This document shows, piece by piece, positions 17,974-27,868 of a stretch of 64,000 nucleotides of DNA. The DNA lies in assembly GCA_963748015.1 (NCBI GenBank), contig CAVVHE010000004.1, forward strand, positions 832,001 to 896,000. Reading direction: 5' to 3'. This stretch comes from Terriglobia bacterium (GTDB lineage Bacteria > Acidobacteriota > Polarisedimenticolia > Polarisedimenticolales > JAIQFR01). The position numbers were made by a program, and so were the translations under genes. Under the pieces are notes generated by a model. It was not told where the DNA came from. It searched no databases and saw nothing but the letters and a program-made list of their open reading frames with translations. How positions within the stretch are numbered: the stretch's first letter is position 1; each line of letters starts with the position of its first letter.

Positions 17974-18999
17974 TCACACGGAAAACTGCGAGAGGAACCG
18001 GACGTCGTTCTCCATCATGAGCCGGAGGTCGTCGATGCCGTAGAGCATCATCGCGATCCGGTCGATGCCCAGGCCGAAGGCGAAGCCGCTGTAGCGCTCG
18101 GGATCGATCCCGACGGCCTCGAACACCGCGGGGTGCACCATGCCGGCGCCCCCTAGCTCCAGCCAGCCGGATCCCTTGCACGCGCGGCAGCCGGAGCCGC
18201 CGCACACGCGACACGAGATGTCGTACTCGCAACCGGGCTCGACGAACGGGAAGTAACCCGGACGGAGGCGCACCTTCACCTCGCCGCCGAAGAATCGCCG
18301 CCAGAGCTCGGACATCGTGGCCTTGAGGTCGGCCATCGAGATTCCCTCGTCGACGACCAGCGCCTCGAGCTGGTGGAACATCGGCAGGTGCGTCGCGTCG
18401 AGGTCCCGTCGATAGACCCGCCCCGGGCAGATCATCCGGATGGGCGGCCGTTGCGTCTCCATGGTCCGGATCTGTACCGGAGAGGTGTGCGTCCGGAGGA
18501 GCAGGTCCCCCTCCACGTAGAAGGTGTCGGTCGCGTCCCTCGCGGGGTGGTCGGGGGGGAGGTTCAGCGCCTCGAAGTTGTGGAAGTCGTCCTCGACCTC
18601 GGGACCGCTCTCGACCGAGTACCCCATCTCGCGGAAGATCCGCTCGAGCTCACGCCTGGCGTGAGTGACGGGGTGGAGGGAGCCGAGCCACGGGACCCGG
18701 GCCGGAAGGGTGATGTCCACGCGCTCGCGGTCGAGCGCCCCGCGGCGCTTGGCGATGTCGGCGGCGGCCGCCGCGCTCTCGATCGCCTCCGTGATCCGGA
18801 GCTTGATGTCGTTGACGGCCTTGCCGGCCGCGGGACGATCCTCCTCCGGCAACGCGGACAGCCGCTTCATCAGAGCGGGAATCTCTCCCTTTCGCCCGAG
18901 GAACCGGATCCGGACGGATTCCACCGCCTCGGGCCGGTTGAGGGCGCCGGAGAGGGCCTCCCTGAACTCGAGCTCGATCCGCTCCAGTTCGTCGCGCAC
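17974..18999 (-). CDS. pheS: phenylalanine--tRNA ligase alpha subunit
   Basis: HPARD; LLRTHTSPVQIR; GRVYRRD; YFPFVEP; GFAFGLGIDR. Confidence 0.98.
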   Translation of the reverse strand: MRDELERIELEFREALSGALNRPEAVESVRIRFLGRKGEIPALMKRLSALPEEDRPAAGKAVNDIKLRITEAIESAAAAADIAKRRGALDRERVDITLPARVPWLGSLHPVTHARRELERIFREMGYSVESGPEVEDDFHNFEALNLPPDHPARDATDTFYVEGDLLLRTHTSPVQIRTMETQRPPIRMICPGRVYRRDLDATHLPMFHQLEALVVDEGISMADLKATMSELWRRFFGGEVKVRLRPGYFPFVEPGCEYDISCRVCGGSGCRACKGSGWLELGGAGMVHPAVFEAVGIDPERYSGFAFGLGIDRIAMMLYGIDDLRLMMENDVRFLSQFSV

Positions 19000-19009
19000 C
19001 GGCTCCCCG

Positions 19010-19372
19010 TCAGGCGCCGGATGCGGCCTGGCGGGCGGCGGTGACGACCCGGCCGAATGCCGCGGCGTCGTGGACCGCCAGGTCGGCCAGGATCTTCCGG
19101 TCGAGATGCACTCCGGCGATCTTGAGGCCGTGCATCAGCGCGGAATACGACATCTGGTGCAGGCGGGCGGCGGCGTTGATCCTCACGATCCAGAGGCGCC
19201 GGAAGTCGCGCTTCCTGGCGCGCCGGTCCCGGAAGGCGAAGGTCAGCGAGCGCTCCACCTGCTGTTTCGCGATCCGGTAGAGCTTCGATTTCGCGAGGTA
19301 GTAACCCTTCGCCCTCCGCAGGATCTTCTTGCGCTTGAGACGTCTCTTGTTGCCGCGTTTCACCCGGGGCAT
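19010..19372 (-). CDS. rplT: 50S ribosomal protein L20
   Basis: [39 protein letters not shown]. Confidence 0.98.
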   Translation of the reverse strand: MPRVKRGNKRRLKRKKILRRAKGYYLAKSKLYRIAKQQVERSLTFAFRDRRARKRDFRRLWIVRINAAARLHQMSYSALMHGLKIAGVHLDRKILADLAVHDAAAFGRVVTAARQAASGA

Positions 19373-19471
19373 CGCCGTCCTCCTTGCCGTCGAGCCTCTA
19401 AGGGCCCGAGCGGCGGGAATGCGCCGACCTCGAGCGCCCGCGCCGTCGCGGTGCGCTCCCGGCCTCCCTCG

Positions 19472-19666
19472 TCAGTTCGGAAGCATCCGCGCTACGCGCT
19501 TATGATCCGCGGGAGACACCAGCGTGGGCATGTCGAGGCCGCGCTTCCGCTTGGTCGTTTTCTTGGTCAGGATGTGGCTCTTGTACGCTTTGGAGCGCTT
19601 GAACTTGCCGGATGCGGTCTTCTTGAACCGCTTTGCCGCTCCGCGATGGCTCTTGAGCTTGGGCAT
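19472..19666 (-). CDS. rpmI: 50S ribosomal protein L35
   Basis: [27 protein letters not shown]. Confidence 0.98.
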   Translation of the reverse strand: MPKLKSHRGAAKRFKKTASGKFKRSKAYKSHILTKKTTKRKRGLDMPTLVSPADHKRVARMLPN

Positions 19667-19689
19667 GGTTTCCGCTCCGGCGAGCCGGT

Positions 19690-21618
19690 TCAGGGCTCGC
19701 TCTTACGTTGCGCGACGATCGTCCGCGCGTTCTCGATGAAGGCCTCGAGCGACGAAGCTCCCTGGTCCCCGCCGCGGCGCGACCGGACGGCCAGCGTTCG
19801 CGCGGCCGCCTCCCGGTCGCCCACGACCAGCATCCACGGGACCTGGTCGAGCTGGGCCTCTCGGATCTTCGCGCCGATCTTCTCACCGCGCGCGTCGACT
19901 CGGGCCCTGAACCCGGCGGCGACCAGCGCCGCGTGTACCTCGTTCGAAAAGGGAAGCGATCGCTCCGTGATCGGGAGGATCCGCGCCTGCTCCGGGGCGA
20001 GCCACGGGGGAAACGCTCCGGCGCAGTGCTCGATCAGGATGCCGAAGAACCGCTCGAGCGAGCCGAGCATCGCCCGGTGGATCATCACCGGCCGCTGCTC
20101 CCGGTCCTGCGCGTCGATGAATCGGAGGTCGAAGCGCTCGGGGAGGACGTAGTCGAGCTGCACCGTCCCGAGCTGGTGCTCCCGGCGCAGCGCGTCGAGG
20201 ACGATGAAGTCGATCTTCGGACCGTAGAACGCCCCGTCCCCGGCATTCAGCCGGTAGGGGTGGCCGCTCGCGCGCAGGGCGCTCTCGAGGGCCGTCTCGG
20301 CGCGGTCCCAGAGTCCGTCGTCCCCCGCGCGCTTCTCCGGGCGGGTCGAGAGGAAGATCCGCACCTCCGGGAGGCCGAACAGCGCGTAGGTCTCGAGGTA
20401 CATGCGGACGAGCGCCTCGACCTCGGTCGAGATCTGCTCCGGCGTGCAGAAGATGTGGCCGTCGTCCTGGGAGAAGCTCCGGACTCGTGTGAGCCCCGCG
20501 GTGACGCCCGACAGCTCGTTGCGGTGCAGCCGCCCGAAGTCGGCGAGCCGGATCGGCATCTCGCGGTAGGAGTGGCGTCCTTCCGAGAACATCAGGCAAT
20601 GGGAAGGGCAGTTCATCGGCTTGACCGCGTACTCCCGCCCCTCCGCCTCGGTGAAGAACATGTTGTCGCGGTAGTGCTCGTAATGGCCGGACCGCTTCCA
20701 CAAGGCGGCGTCGAAAATCTGCGGGGTGATGACCTCGGCGTATCCGTAGCGCGCGTAGAGCTCCCGCACGTAGCCGATCAGCAGGTTGTAGACGAGCGCG
20801 CCCTTGGGATGGAAGAACGGGCTCGCCGGCGCCTCGGCGTGGAACGAGAAGAGCCCCAGCTCCTTGCCGAGCTTCCGGTGGTCCCGCCGCTTGGCCTCCT
20901 CGAGGAGCTTCAGGTGCGTGTCGAGCTCCTCCTGATGGAAGAAAGCCGTTCCGTAGATGCGCTGGAGCATCTTGTTCCGCTCGTCGCCGAGCCAGTAAGC
21001 GCCGGCGACCGAGAGGAGCTTGAAGGCTCCGAGCCTTCCGGTGGAGGGGACGTGCGGGCCGCGGCAGAAGTCGGTCCACGATCCCTGGCGGTAGATGGAC
21101 ACGGTCTCGCCGCCCTTGGTCGCGGCGAAGTAGACCTTGTAGGGCTCGCCTTCCTTTTCGAAGAACCGGACCGCGTCGTCGTGCGAGAGCTCGAGACGCT
21201 CTACCGCGAGGTCCCTTCGGACGATGTCCGCGACTCGAGCCTCGATGGAAGCGAGGTCCGCTTCCGAGAAGGGCTCCTCGCGGTCGAAGTCGTAGTAGAA
21301 GCCGTTCTCGATCACCGGCCCCTGGGCGATCTTCGTTCCGGGGAAGAGCTCCTGCACGGCCTGGGCGGTGGCATGGGCCGTCGAGTGGCGAAGGACCTCG
21401 AGCGCCAGCGGATCGGGCGCGGCGACGTACTCGAGCCGCGCGTCGCGGCCGAGTGGGCGAGTGAGATCGGCGGGCTCGCCGTCCACGCGGACGGCGACGG
21501 CGGACGAAGCGACGCCGCCGAGTTGGCTCGCCAGATGGAGGGGTGTGGTCCCACGGGGCACCTGACGGGTGTTCCCGTCGGGCAGGGTGACCACGATGTT
21601 CCCCGATTCGCCGGCCAT
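19690..21618 (-). CDS. thrS: threonine--tRNA ligase
   Basis: TGS domain; [45 protein letters not shown]. Confidence 0.98.
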   Translation of the reverse strand: MAGESGNIVVTLPDGNTRQVPRGTTPLHLASQLGGVASSAVAVRVDGEPADLTRPLGRDARLEYVAAPDPLALEVLRHSTAHATAQAVQELFPGTKIAQGPVIENGFYYDFDREEPFSEADLASIEARVADIVRRDLAVERLELSHDDAVRFFEKEGEPYKVYFAATKGGETVSIYRQGSWTDFCRGPHVPSTGRLGAFKLLSVAGAYWLGDERNKMLQRIYGTAFFHQEELDTHLKLLEEAKRRDHRKLGKELGLFSFHAEAPASPFFHPKGALVYNLLIGYVRELYARYGYAEVITPQIFDAALWKRSGHYEHYRDNMFFTEAEGREYAVKPMNCPSHCLMFSEGRHSYREMPIRLADFGRLHRNELSGVTAGLTRVRSFSQDDGHIFCTPEQISTEVEALVRMYLETYALFGLPEVRIFLSTRPEKRAGDDGLWDRAETALESALRASGHPYRLNAGDGAFYGPKIDFIVLDALRREHQLGTVQLDYVLPERFDLRFIDAQDREQRPVMIHRAMLGSLERFFGILIEHCAGAFPPWLAPEQARILPITERSLPFSNEVHAALVAAGFRARVDARGEKIGAKIREAQLDQVPWMLVVGDREAAARTLAVRSRRGGDQGASSLEAFIENARTIVAQRKSEP

Positions 21619-21660
21619 CTCGCGCCTTCCTCGCCGTACTCGACGGGACGATTCGACACC

Positions 21661-21689
21661 GGAAGCCCGGCCCTCCGGCGAGGGCTTCC
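21661..21689. other. GC hairpin between tRNA-Val and thrS (processing or attenuation signal?)
   Basis: GGAAGCCC...GGGCTTCC 8-bp stem; no U-tract. Confidence 0.35.
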
Positions 21690-21702
21690 CGGCCCCATGG
21701 AT

Positions 21703-21777
21703 TGGTAGGCGCGCGCGGATTTGAACCGCGGACTTCTACCGTGTCAAGGTAGCGCTCTCCCCCTGAGCTACGCGCCT
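21703..21777 (-). tRNA. tRNA-Val(GAC)
   Basis: Acceptor stem AGGCGCG/CGCGCCT + ACCA; anticodon arm CTACC-TTGACAC-GGTAG; GGTTCAAATCC T-arm. Confidence 0.97.
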
Positions 21778-21828
21778 TCTGCAAACTTCACCGCACCGGC
21801 CCGGCTTCGGCCGCCGCGACGAGGTGCG

Positions 21829-21857
21829 AAAGTAGCATAGGGTCCAAGGGGTGTCAA
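21829..21857 (-). promoter_or_regulatory. sigma70 promoter for the tRNA-Val/thrS operon
   Basis: TTGACA-17 nt-TACTTT with TGn extension. Confidence 0.75.
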
Positions 21858-21905
21858 CGAAAGGAGTTCGGTTCGAGCCCGTCCCCCGCTTTCTCACCTT
21901 TTCTG

Positions 21906-21934
21906 TTGATTCGGCCCGGTACTTTCGCTACCAT
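21906..21934 (+). promoter_or_regulatory. sigma70 promoter for the MBL hydrolase-carA run
   Basis: TTGATT-17 nt-TACCAT. Confidence 0.55.
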
Positions 21935-22013
21935 CGTCACCCGCCTCGGAGCGCGCCGGGGAAGGGGGGCGGCCGTCCAGGCGTCGAGAGCGGCCAACAA
22001 AGGGGACCTTTTA

Positions 22014-22865
22014 TTGCTTCGGTTCTTGCGAGGAGAGCTCCGCATCACCCTGCTCGACGCGGGAGTCCTCCGGCTCGACGGCGGGGCGATGTTCGGAGTC
22101 GTTCCGCGGCCCCTTTGGGAAAAGCAGCGCCCGCCGGACGAACGGAACCGGATCCGCCTGGGGATGAACCTGCTCTTGATCGAGGACGGTACTCGCCGGA
22201 TCCTCGTGGACACGGGAGCCGGGACGAAGTGGGACGACAAGCACCGGGAGATTTACGGCCTCGCGCCGAAACGGGCGGAGGAGATCCTCGCGCCGGCCGG
22301 CCTCACCCCCGAGCAGGTTGACCTGGTGGTGAACACGCACCTTCATTTCGATCACGCGGGGGGCAACACGATCCGGAACGAGCGCGGGGAGTTGGCGGCG
22401 GCGTACCCGAACGCGAGGTACCTGGTGCAGCGTGGAGAAGTCGACACCGCGCGAACCGCCAACGAGCGTAACCGGGCATCGTATCTCCCGGAGAACTTCG
22501 AGCCCCTCCTGGCGGAGGGGCGGTTCGAGCTCCTCGACGGGCCGGTCCGCCTCGGTTCCGGGATCGAGCTCCGGCTCGCTCCCGGCCACACCCCGCACAT
22601 GCAGCTGCCCGTGCTCGCCACTTCCGAGGGAACGGTGGCTTTCCTCGCCGACCTGGTTCCAACGGCGAGCCATGTCCCTTACCCGTACGTGATGGGATAC
22701 GACCTCGAGCCGCAGGTCACCCTGGAGACGAAGCGTCGAATCCTGCCCGTGGCGGCGAGAGAGGGCTGGCTCCTGCTCTTCGAGCACGACGGCGACATGC
22801 CGGCCGCAACGCTCGAGGAAAAAGACGGGCGGCTCCGCGCGCGCCCCGTCGAGGCGGGGGCCTGA
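22014..22865 (+). CDS. MBL-fold metallo-hydrolase (YtnP-like)
   Basis: LDGGAMFGVVP; THLHFDHAGG; PGHT; DLVPT; MGYD; FEHD; probable TTG start after AAGGGG. Confidence 0.9.
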   Translation: MLRFLRGELRITLLDAGVLRLDGGAMFGVVPRPLWEKQRPPDERNRIRLGMNLLLIEDGTRRILVDTGAGTKWDDKHREIYGLAPKRAEEILAPAGLTPEQVDLVVNTHLHFDHAGGNTIRNERGELAAAYPNARYLVQRGEVDTARTANERNRASYLPENFEPLLAEGRFELLDGPVRLGSGIELRLAPGHTPHMQLPVLATSEGTVAFLADLVPTASHVPYPYVMGYDLEPQVTLETKRRILPVAAREGWLLLFEHDGDMPAATLEEKDGRLRARPVEAGA

Positions 22866-22866
22866 G

Positions 22867-24021
22867 ATGGAAGCGATCCTGGCCCTCGAGGACGGTCGGG
22901 TCTTCAGGGGGCGCGCGTTCGGCGCCTCGGGCGATCGGACAGGCGAGGTCGTCTTCAACACCTCGATGACGGGCTACCAGGAAGTCCTGACCGACCCCTC
23001 CTACAAGGGACAGATCGTCGTGATGACCTGTCCCGAGATCGGCAACACGGGGGCGAACCCGCTGGATCACGAGTCGGACACCCCCAAGGTCGAGGGGTTC
23101 GTGGTCCGCGAGTACAGCCGATCTCCCTCCAACTGGAGGGCGAACCAGGACCTGCACCAGTACCTGCGCGAGCACGGGATCGTCGGGCTTTCCGAGGTGG
23201 ACACGCGGGCCATCACCCGCTGCATCCGGACCGTGGGAGCGCAGAAGGGCGCGCTGTCCACCGCGGACCGCTCTCCGGAGTCCCTCGTCCGCAAGGCGCG
23301 AGACTCGGCGCCGCTCGAGACGCTCGACCTGGTTCGGCGGGTCACCTGCAGCGAGGCGCACGCGTGGACCGGCGGACGCGACCGGCGGTTCGCCCCGGCC
23401 GCGGACGAGAGCCTTCCGCCGCGCCGGATTCGCTGCGTCGCGTACGACCTCGGCGCGAAGCGCAACATCTTCCGCCTCCTGCACGAGTGCGGATTCGACG
23501 TGACCGTCGTGCCGGCGACCACGAGCGCGGCGGACGCGATCGCTCTCCGCCCCGAGGCGGTGTTCCTGTCGAACGGCCCCGGCGATCCGCGGTCGGCGGG
23601 GTACGTCGTCGAGGCGGTCCGGGGGCTGCTCGGAAAGGTGCCGGCCTTCGGGATCTGTCTCGGACACCAGATCGCGGGACTCGCCCTCGGCGCGACGACG
23701 TTCAAGCTGAAGTTCGGCCACCGGGGGGCGAACCACCCGGTGAAGGACCTACGCACCGGGCGCGTCGCGGTCACGTCGCAGAACCACGGTTACACGGTCG
23801 AACCCGACTCGCTGCCCGCGGGAGCCGAAGTGACCCACGTGAGCCTCAACGACGGGACCTGCGAGGGGTTCGTCCACCGCGACGCGAGGCTGCTCGCGGT
23901 GCAGTACCACCCCGAGGCCTCGCCCGGGCCGCACGATTCTCTCGACCTCTTCCGGGAATTCCGCGCCATGGTTTCGGAGGGACGGAACTACGGCCGGAAC
24001 GCGATCGAGGAACAATCATGA
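22867..24021 (+). CDS. carA: carbamoyl-phosphate synthase small subunit
   Basis: GEVVFNTSMTGYQE; LSNGPGDP; GICLGHQ; SQNHG; QYHPEASPGP. Confidence 0.97.
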   Translation: MEAILALEDGRVFRGRAFGASGDRTGEVVFNTSMTGYQEVLTDPSYKGQIVVMTCPEIGNTGANPLDHESDTPKVEGFVVREYSRSPSNWRANQDLHQYLREHGIVGLSEVDTRAITRCIRTVGAQKGALSTADRSPESLVRKARDSAPLETLDLVRRVTCSEAHAWTGGRDRRFAPAADESLPPRRIRCVAYDLGAKRNIFRLLHECGFDVTVVPATTSAADAIALRPEAVFLSNGPGDPRSAGYVVEAVRGLLGKVPAFGICLGHQIAGLALGATTFKLKFGHRGANHPVKDLRTGRVAVTSQNHGYTVEPDSLPAGAEVTHVSLNDGTCEGFVHRDARLLAVQYHPEASPGPHDSLDLFREFRAMVSEGRNYGRNAIEEQS

Positions 24022-25163
24022 CGGACTGGAAATCGTCCCTGCGGGCCGATCCGAGCGCCTGGCTGCTCGAGAACTCGTGTGCCTCGATCCGCTACCGGGT
24101 CCTGACGGAGATCCTGGACCGCCCGAAGGAGGACCCCGACGTCCAGCAGGCGAGGGCGGACATCGCCTCGTACGCGCCCGCGCTCCAGCTCCAGCGGCTT
24201 CAGCGCAAGGACGGCACCTGGGGCGGCATGGTCCACGCCGGCGATCCGCGAAAGCTCCAGCGATGCGTCGAGAACGGCCTCCTGTCGCTCTACGAGCTCG
24301 GCTGGTCTCGGGACAGCAAACCGGTGAAGCAGGCGGCGGTCGCGCTTCGCACTTTCCTCACCGCCAAGAAAGACCTCAAGTTCTACGAGTTCGCGAAGGT
24401 GGTCAAGGCCGACGACCGCAGGGAGAGGTACTACCGGTGGTTCCTGCGGATCCTGTCCCTCGGCCTCCTGATCCGCGGCGGCTACGACGACGATCGGAGC
24501 CGCCTTTCGGTGCTCGAGCTGCTCGACCTGTGTGCCGGCTTCGTGGACGATCCCGTGTCGAGGAATCCGGCGGAGGAAATCGGCGCCAGCCACCCGTTGA
24601 TCCGTCCCGCGGCCTGGAGGCGCGACTACCCCTTCCTCCCGGACCTTTATCTGGCCCGCATCTTCGCCTTTTCCCCCTGGCTGCTGGACGGGGAGCTGGC
24701 CAAGATGCGCCTGAAGAAGATGTTCGACTACGTGATGTCCGAGACCTACCAGCGCCTGGCTCCCGACCTCGGCCTCGTTCGGACCGCCAAGGGGTCGTTC
24801 ATCAAGGGGAACGGGATCCGCGTCCGGTCGGTGGACCACTATCAGAAACACGGCAACCTGGACGAGCTCCTCCACAACCTCGAGCTGCTCGCGCGTCTCG
24901 GCCTGATCAACCGCTACCCGCAGCTGATGACCCATCTCGAGTGGATTCACTCGCAGCAGGGGAAGGAAGGGCGGTGGAACCTGACCGGCAAGCTTCTCAA
25001 CGAGGGGAGCCGCTGGACCGCGCTGATGCGTCTCGAGAAGGACTGGAGAAGCCCCGCGCGAAAGGAAGCGGACCTCACCTTCCGGATGCTCCTGATCCTG
25101 AAGTACCAGTGGGAGCGTCAGATCCGGATGCTCGACCGCCGCGAGGACGGATACCCGATCTGA
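24018..25163 (+). CDS. hypothetical alpha-helical protein with QW-like (prenyltransferase/squalene cyclase) repeats
   Basis: WLLE..IRYR N-terminus; LQRKDGTW and SQQGKEGRW motifs; ATGA overlap with carA. Confidence 0.65.
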   Translation: MTDWKSSLRADPSAWLLENSCASIRYRVLTEILDRPKEDPDVQQARADIASYAPALQLQRLQRKDGTWGGMVHAGDPRKLQRCVENGLLSLYELGWSRDSKPVKQAAVALRTFLTAKKDLKFYEFAKVVKADDRRERYYRWFLRILSLGLLIRGGYDDDRSRLSVLELLDLCAGFVDDPVSRNPAEEIGASHPLIRPAAWRRDYPFLPDLYLARIFAFSPWLLDGELAKMRLKKMFDYVMSETYQRLAPDLGLVRTAKGSFIKGNGIRVRSVDHYQKHGNLDELLHNLELLARLGLINRYPQLMTHLEWIHSQQGKEGRWNLTGKLLNEGSRWTALMRLEKDWRSPARKEADLTFRMLLILKYQWERQIRMLDRREDGYPI

Positions 25164-25193
25164 GCCTCGCCCGGCCGGAGACGCGCCCGCGCA

Positions 25194-26264
25194 TCAAGTC
25201 TCGACGATCGTCACCGCGGAGCCGGATGCCGCTGGCTTCGCCGGCTGCGAGGGGGGCGCCGCTTCCGCGCCGGCGAGCTTCGCGAAGAACATCTTGCCAG
25301 CCGCGGTCTGGATCACGCTGGTCACCACGATGTCCGCGGTGCGTCCGATCAGGCTCCGGGCGTTGTCCACGACGATCATGGTGCCGTCGTCGAGGTAGCC
25401 GACGCCCTGGCCGGTCTCCTTCCCTTCCTTGAGGATGGTCACCCGCATGGACTCGCCCGGCAAGACGACCGGTCTCACCGCGTTCGACAGGTCGTTGAGG
25501 TTGAGCACCTCGACTCCCCGAAGGGATGCCACCTTGTTCAGGTTGAAGTCGTTGGTCAGGAGGGTGGCCTTCATCCTCCGGGCCAGCTCGATGAGCTTCA
25601 GGTCGACTTCCCGGACCTCCGGGATCTCGTCCTGGGAGAACAGGACGCGCGCAAAAGGAGCCTTCTTCAGCTTCTGGAGGATCTCGAGGCCCTTGCGCCC
25701 GCGGGCCCGCCGCAGCGCGTCGGAGGAGTCGGCGATGAGCTGCAGCTCCCGGAGGACGAACGATGGGATCACCATCGTCCCCTCGAGAAACCCGGCCTCG
25801 GAGACGTCGGCGACCCTGCCGTCGATGATCACCGAGGTGTCGAGGATCTTGTAGTTGGGTCCGGCGGAGGCTCCCTTGCCGAGGAGGGCGACCACGTCCT
25901 CGCTCGCGAGCGAGGCGGCCAGACGAGCGCCGCCGACGCCGCCGGCATAGAGGGAGACGAGATAGACGAAGGGGCGCAGGGCCGTCATCTCGAGCCCCGC
26001 GGTGCCCTCGGGCAGCACCCGGACGACGACCGCTCCGACGAGCCCGCCGATCAGGACGCCGATGGCGCCGCCGGCCGCGGTCCAGATGTTGCGCGCGCGC
26101 AGGAGCTGCTCGGCCGCGAGTGCCGCCGCGCCGAACGCCAGCCCCGCCAGCAAGCTCGGAAGGGGGCCGCGCCAGCCCTCCCCGATCGAGGCGAGGGGCC
26201 TGAGCGCGAGCCCGAGGAGCAGCGCGACGAGGATCATCGCCGCGCGAGTGAACCAGCGACCCAT
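25194..26264 (-). CDS. yacL: membrane PIN/TRAM domain protein (YacL family)
   Basis: TM helices; LDTSVIIDGR; ELQLIADS; TNDFNLNKVA; GVGYLDDGTM. Confidence 0.92.
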   Translation of the reverse strand: MGRWFTRAAMILVALLLGLALRPLASIGEGWRGPLPSLLAGLAFGAAALAAEQLLRARNIWTAAGGAIGVLIGGLVGAVVVRVLPEGTAGLEMTALRPFVYLVSLYAGGVGGARLAASLASEDVVALLGKGASAGPNYKILDTSVIIDGRVADVSEAGFLEGTMVIPSFVLRELQLIADSSDALRRARGRKGLEILQKLKKAPFARVLFSQDEIPEVREVDLKLIELARRMKATLLTNDFNLNKVASLRGVEVLNLNDLSNAVRPVVLPGESMRVTILKEGKETGQGVGYLDDGTMIVVDNARSLIGRTADIVVTSVIQTAAGKMFFAKLAGAEAAPPSQPAKPAASGSAVTIVET

Positions 26265-26385
26265 CGCTCGATCCTCCTCCAGGAGCCCGTCCGACTCATC
26301 CCGTGGCCGAGCGACCACCCGGACGGGCTCCCGGGAATTGTGCCCCCTCGCACCTCCCCGCACAACCGGCCGAAGGACCCGGACG

Positions 26386-27729
26386 TCAGCTCTCGGGCCA
26401 GGCGGGGTTCTCGAAACGGGTGAACTCGCGGATGAACACCAGATCGACGGTGTCGGTCGGCCCGTTCCGCTGCTTGCCGATGATCAGCTCGGCCTTGCCC
26501 CGGAGTTCGGGATCGTTCTTCTTGTAGATCTCCTCGCGGAAGAGGAAGAGGACCACGTCCGCGTCCTGCTCGATCGCCCCCGACTCGCGCAGGTCGCTCA
26601 GCTGCGGACGGCGGTCGCCGCTCCGCTGCTCGGGGGCGCGGGAGAGCTGCGAGAGTGCTAAGACCGGGATGGAGAGCTCCTTCGCGATTTCCTTCAGGGA
26701 TCGGGAGATGTCGGAGATCTCCTGCTGGCGGCTCTCGTAGCGCCCGCGTCCGCTCATCAGCTGCAGATAGTCGACCACGAGGAGGTCGAGCCCCCGCTCG
26801 AGCTTGAGCCGCCGAGCCTTGGCGCGCATCTCCATGATCGCCGCCCCGGCCGTATCGTCGATGTAGATGGGGGAGGCCGACAACTCGCCGTACGTCGCAA
26901 TGATCCGCTGCCACTCGTCCGAGTCCACCCGCCCCGTGCGCAAACGGTGGGCGTCCACCCGCGCCTCGGAGCACAGCAGACGGAAGAACAGCTGCTGGTG
27001 CGACATCTCCAGCGAGAAGACCCCGACGGTCTTCCCGCACCGGAGGGCGGCGTGGGCCGCGATGTTCAGGGCCAGCGTCGTCTTGCCCATCGACGGACGC
27101 GCCGCGAGGATCACCAGATCCGACGGCTGGAGTCCGGCGGTCAGCTCGTCGAGATAGAGGAACCCGCTCGGGATCCCCGTGACGAGCTCTCTCTTCTTGG
27201 TCAGCTCGTCGATGAGCGCGAAGCTCTTCTCCGCGACGGTCTTGATCGGCAGGAAGCCCGAGCGAAGGCGGTCCTCGGCGACCCTGAAGATGGCCTTCTC
27301 CGCCTCGTCGAGGATCTCGTCGGTCGGAGCGGGAGAGCGGAGGGAGGCTTCGAGGATCTGGTGCGCCGACCGGGCCAGCTCGCGGCGGACCGCCGTCTCC
27401 CTCACGATCCGGGCGTAGTGCTCGACGTTGCCCGAGCGCGGGACGCCGTCGACGAGCGAGGCGAGATAGGCGGGGCCTCCGCACGACTCGAGATCGCCGC
27501 TCTTCTCGAGCTCCGCCCGCAGCGTCACGAGGTCGAGCGCGGCCCCCGAGTCCGCGAGCGAGAGCAGCCCGACGAAGATCTTGCGATGGCGCGGTACGTA
27601 GAAGAAGTCCGGCCGGAGGAGCTCCTGCACCCGATGGAGCTGCTGGTTGTCGAGCAACACCGCTCCGAGGACGGATCGTTCCGCCTCGTCGGAATGCGGC
27701 AGCGCTTCAGGTGCGAGTTCCGAGGTCAT
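26386..27729 (-). CDS. dnaB: replicative DNA helicase
   Basis: PHSDEAERSVLG; AARPSMGKT; FSLEM; DYLQLM; LSQLSR; DLRESGAIEQDAD; KQRNGP; no intein. Confidence 0.98.
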   Translation of the reverse strand: MTSELAPEALPHSDEAERSVLGAVLLDNQQLHRVQELLRPDFFYVPRHRKIFVGLLSLADSGAALDLVTLRAELEKSGDLESCGGPAYLASLVDGVPRSGNVEHYARIVRETAVRRELARSAHQILEASLRSPAPTDEILDEAEKAIFRVAEDRLRSGFLPIKTVAEKSFALIDELTKKRELVTGIPSGFLYLDELTAGLQPSDLVILAARPSMGKTTLALNIAAHAALRCGKTVGVFSLEMSHQQLFFRLLCSEARVDAHRLRTGRVDSDEWQRIIATYGELSASPIYIDDTAGAAIMEMRAKARRLKLERGLDLLVVDYLQLMSGRGRYESRQQEISDISRSLKEIAKELSIPVLALSQLSRAPEQRSGDRRPQLSDLRESGAIEQDADVVLFLFREEIYKKNDPELRGKAELIIGKQRNGPTDTVDLVFIREFTRFENPAWPES

Positions 27730-27769
27730 GGTCCGTGCGAGGGGTCGCCGGCCGGCGGCGACGGCGCGG

Positions 27770-27823
27770 ATCTTAGCACAAGTCGCCGGGCGGGCTGACC
27801 GCCGATCCGCCGGATGTTATTCT
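27770..27823. promoter_or_regulatory. divergent sigma70 promoters for dnaB and the phosphodiesterase gene
   Basis: Minus strand TG-n-TAAGAT (27770-27775); plus strand CTGACC-17-TATTCT with TGn (27795-27823). Confidence 0.5.
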
Positions 27824-27868
27824 CTCGGGGTTCGCGTGCGCGGCGACGGACCGCAGGGGAGGGGTTGG

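Noticed and set aside
21703..21777. tRNA-Val and tRNA-Gln (36494-36568) as possible integration sites
   Set aside because: No integrase, no duplicated tRNA 3' end, and core genes on both sides.
25194..26264. PIN domain as a toxin or defence gene
   Set aside because: It is the housekeeping membrane YacL PIN/TRAM family, with no antitoxin or defence context.
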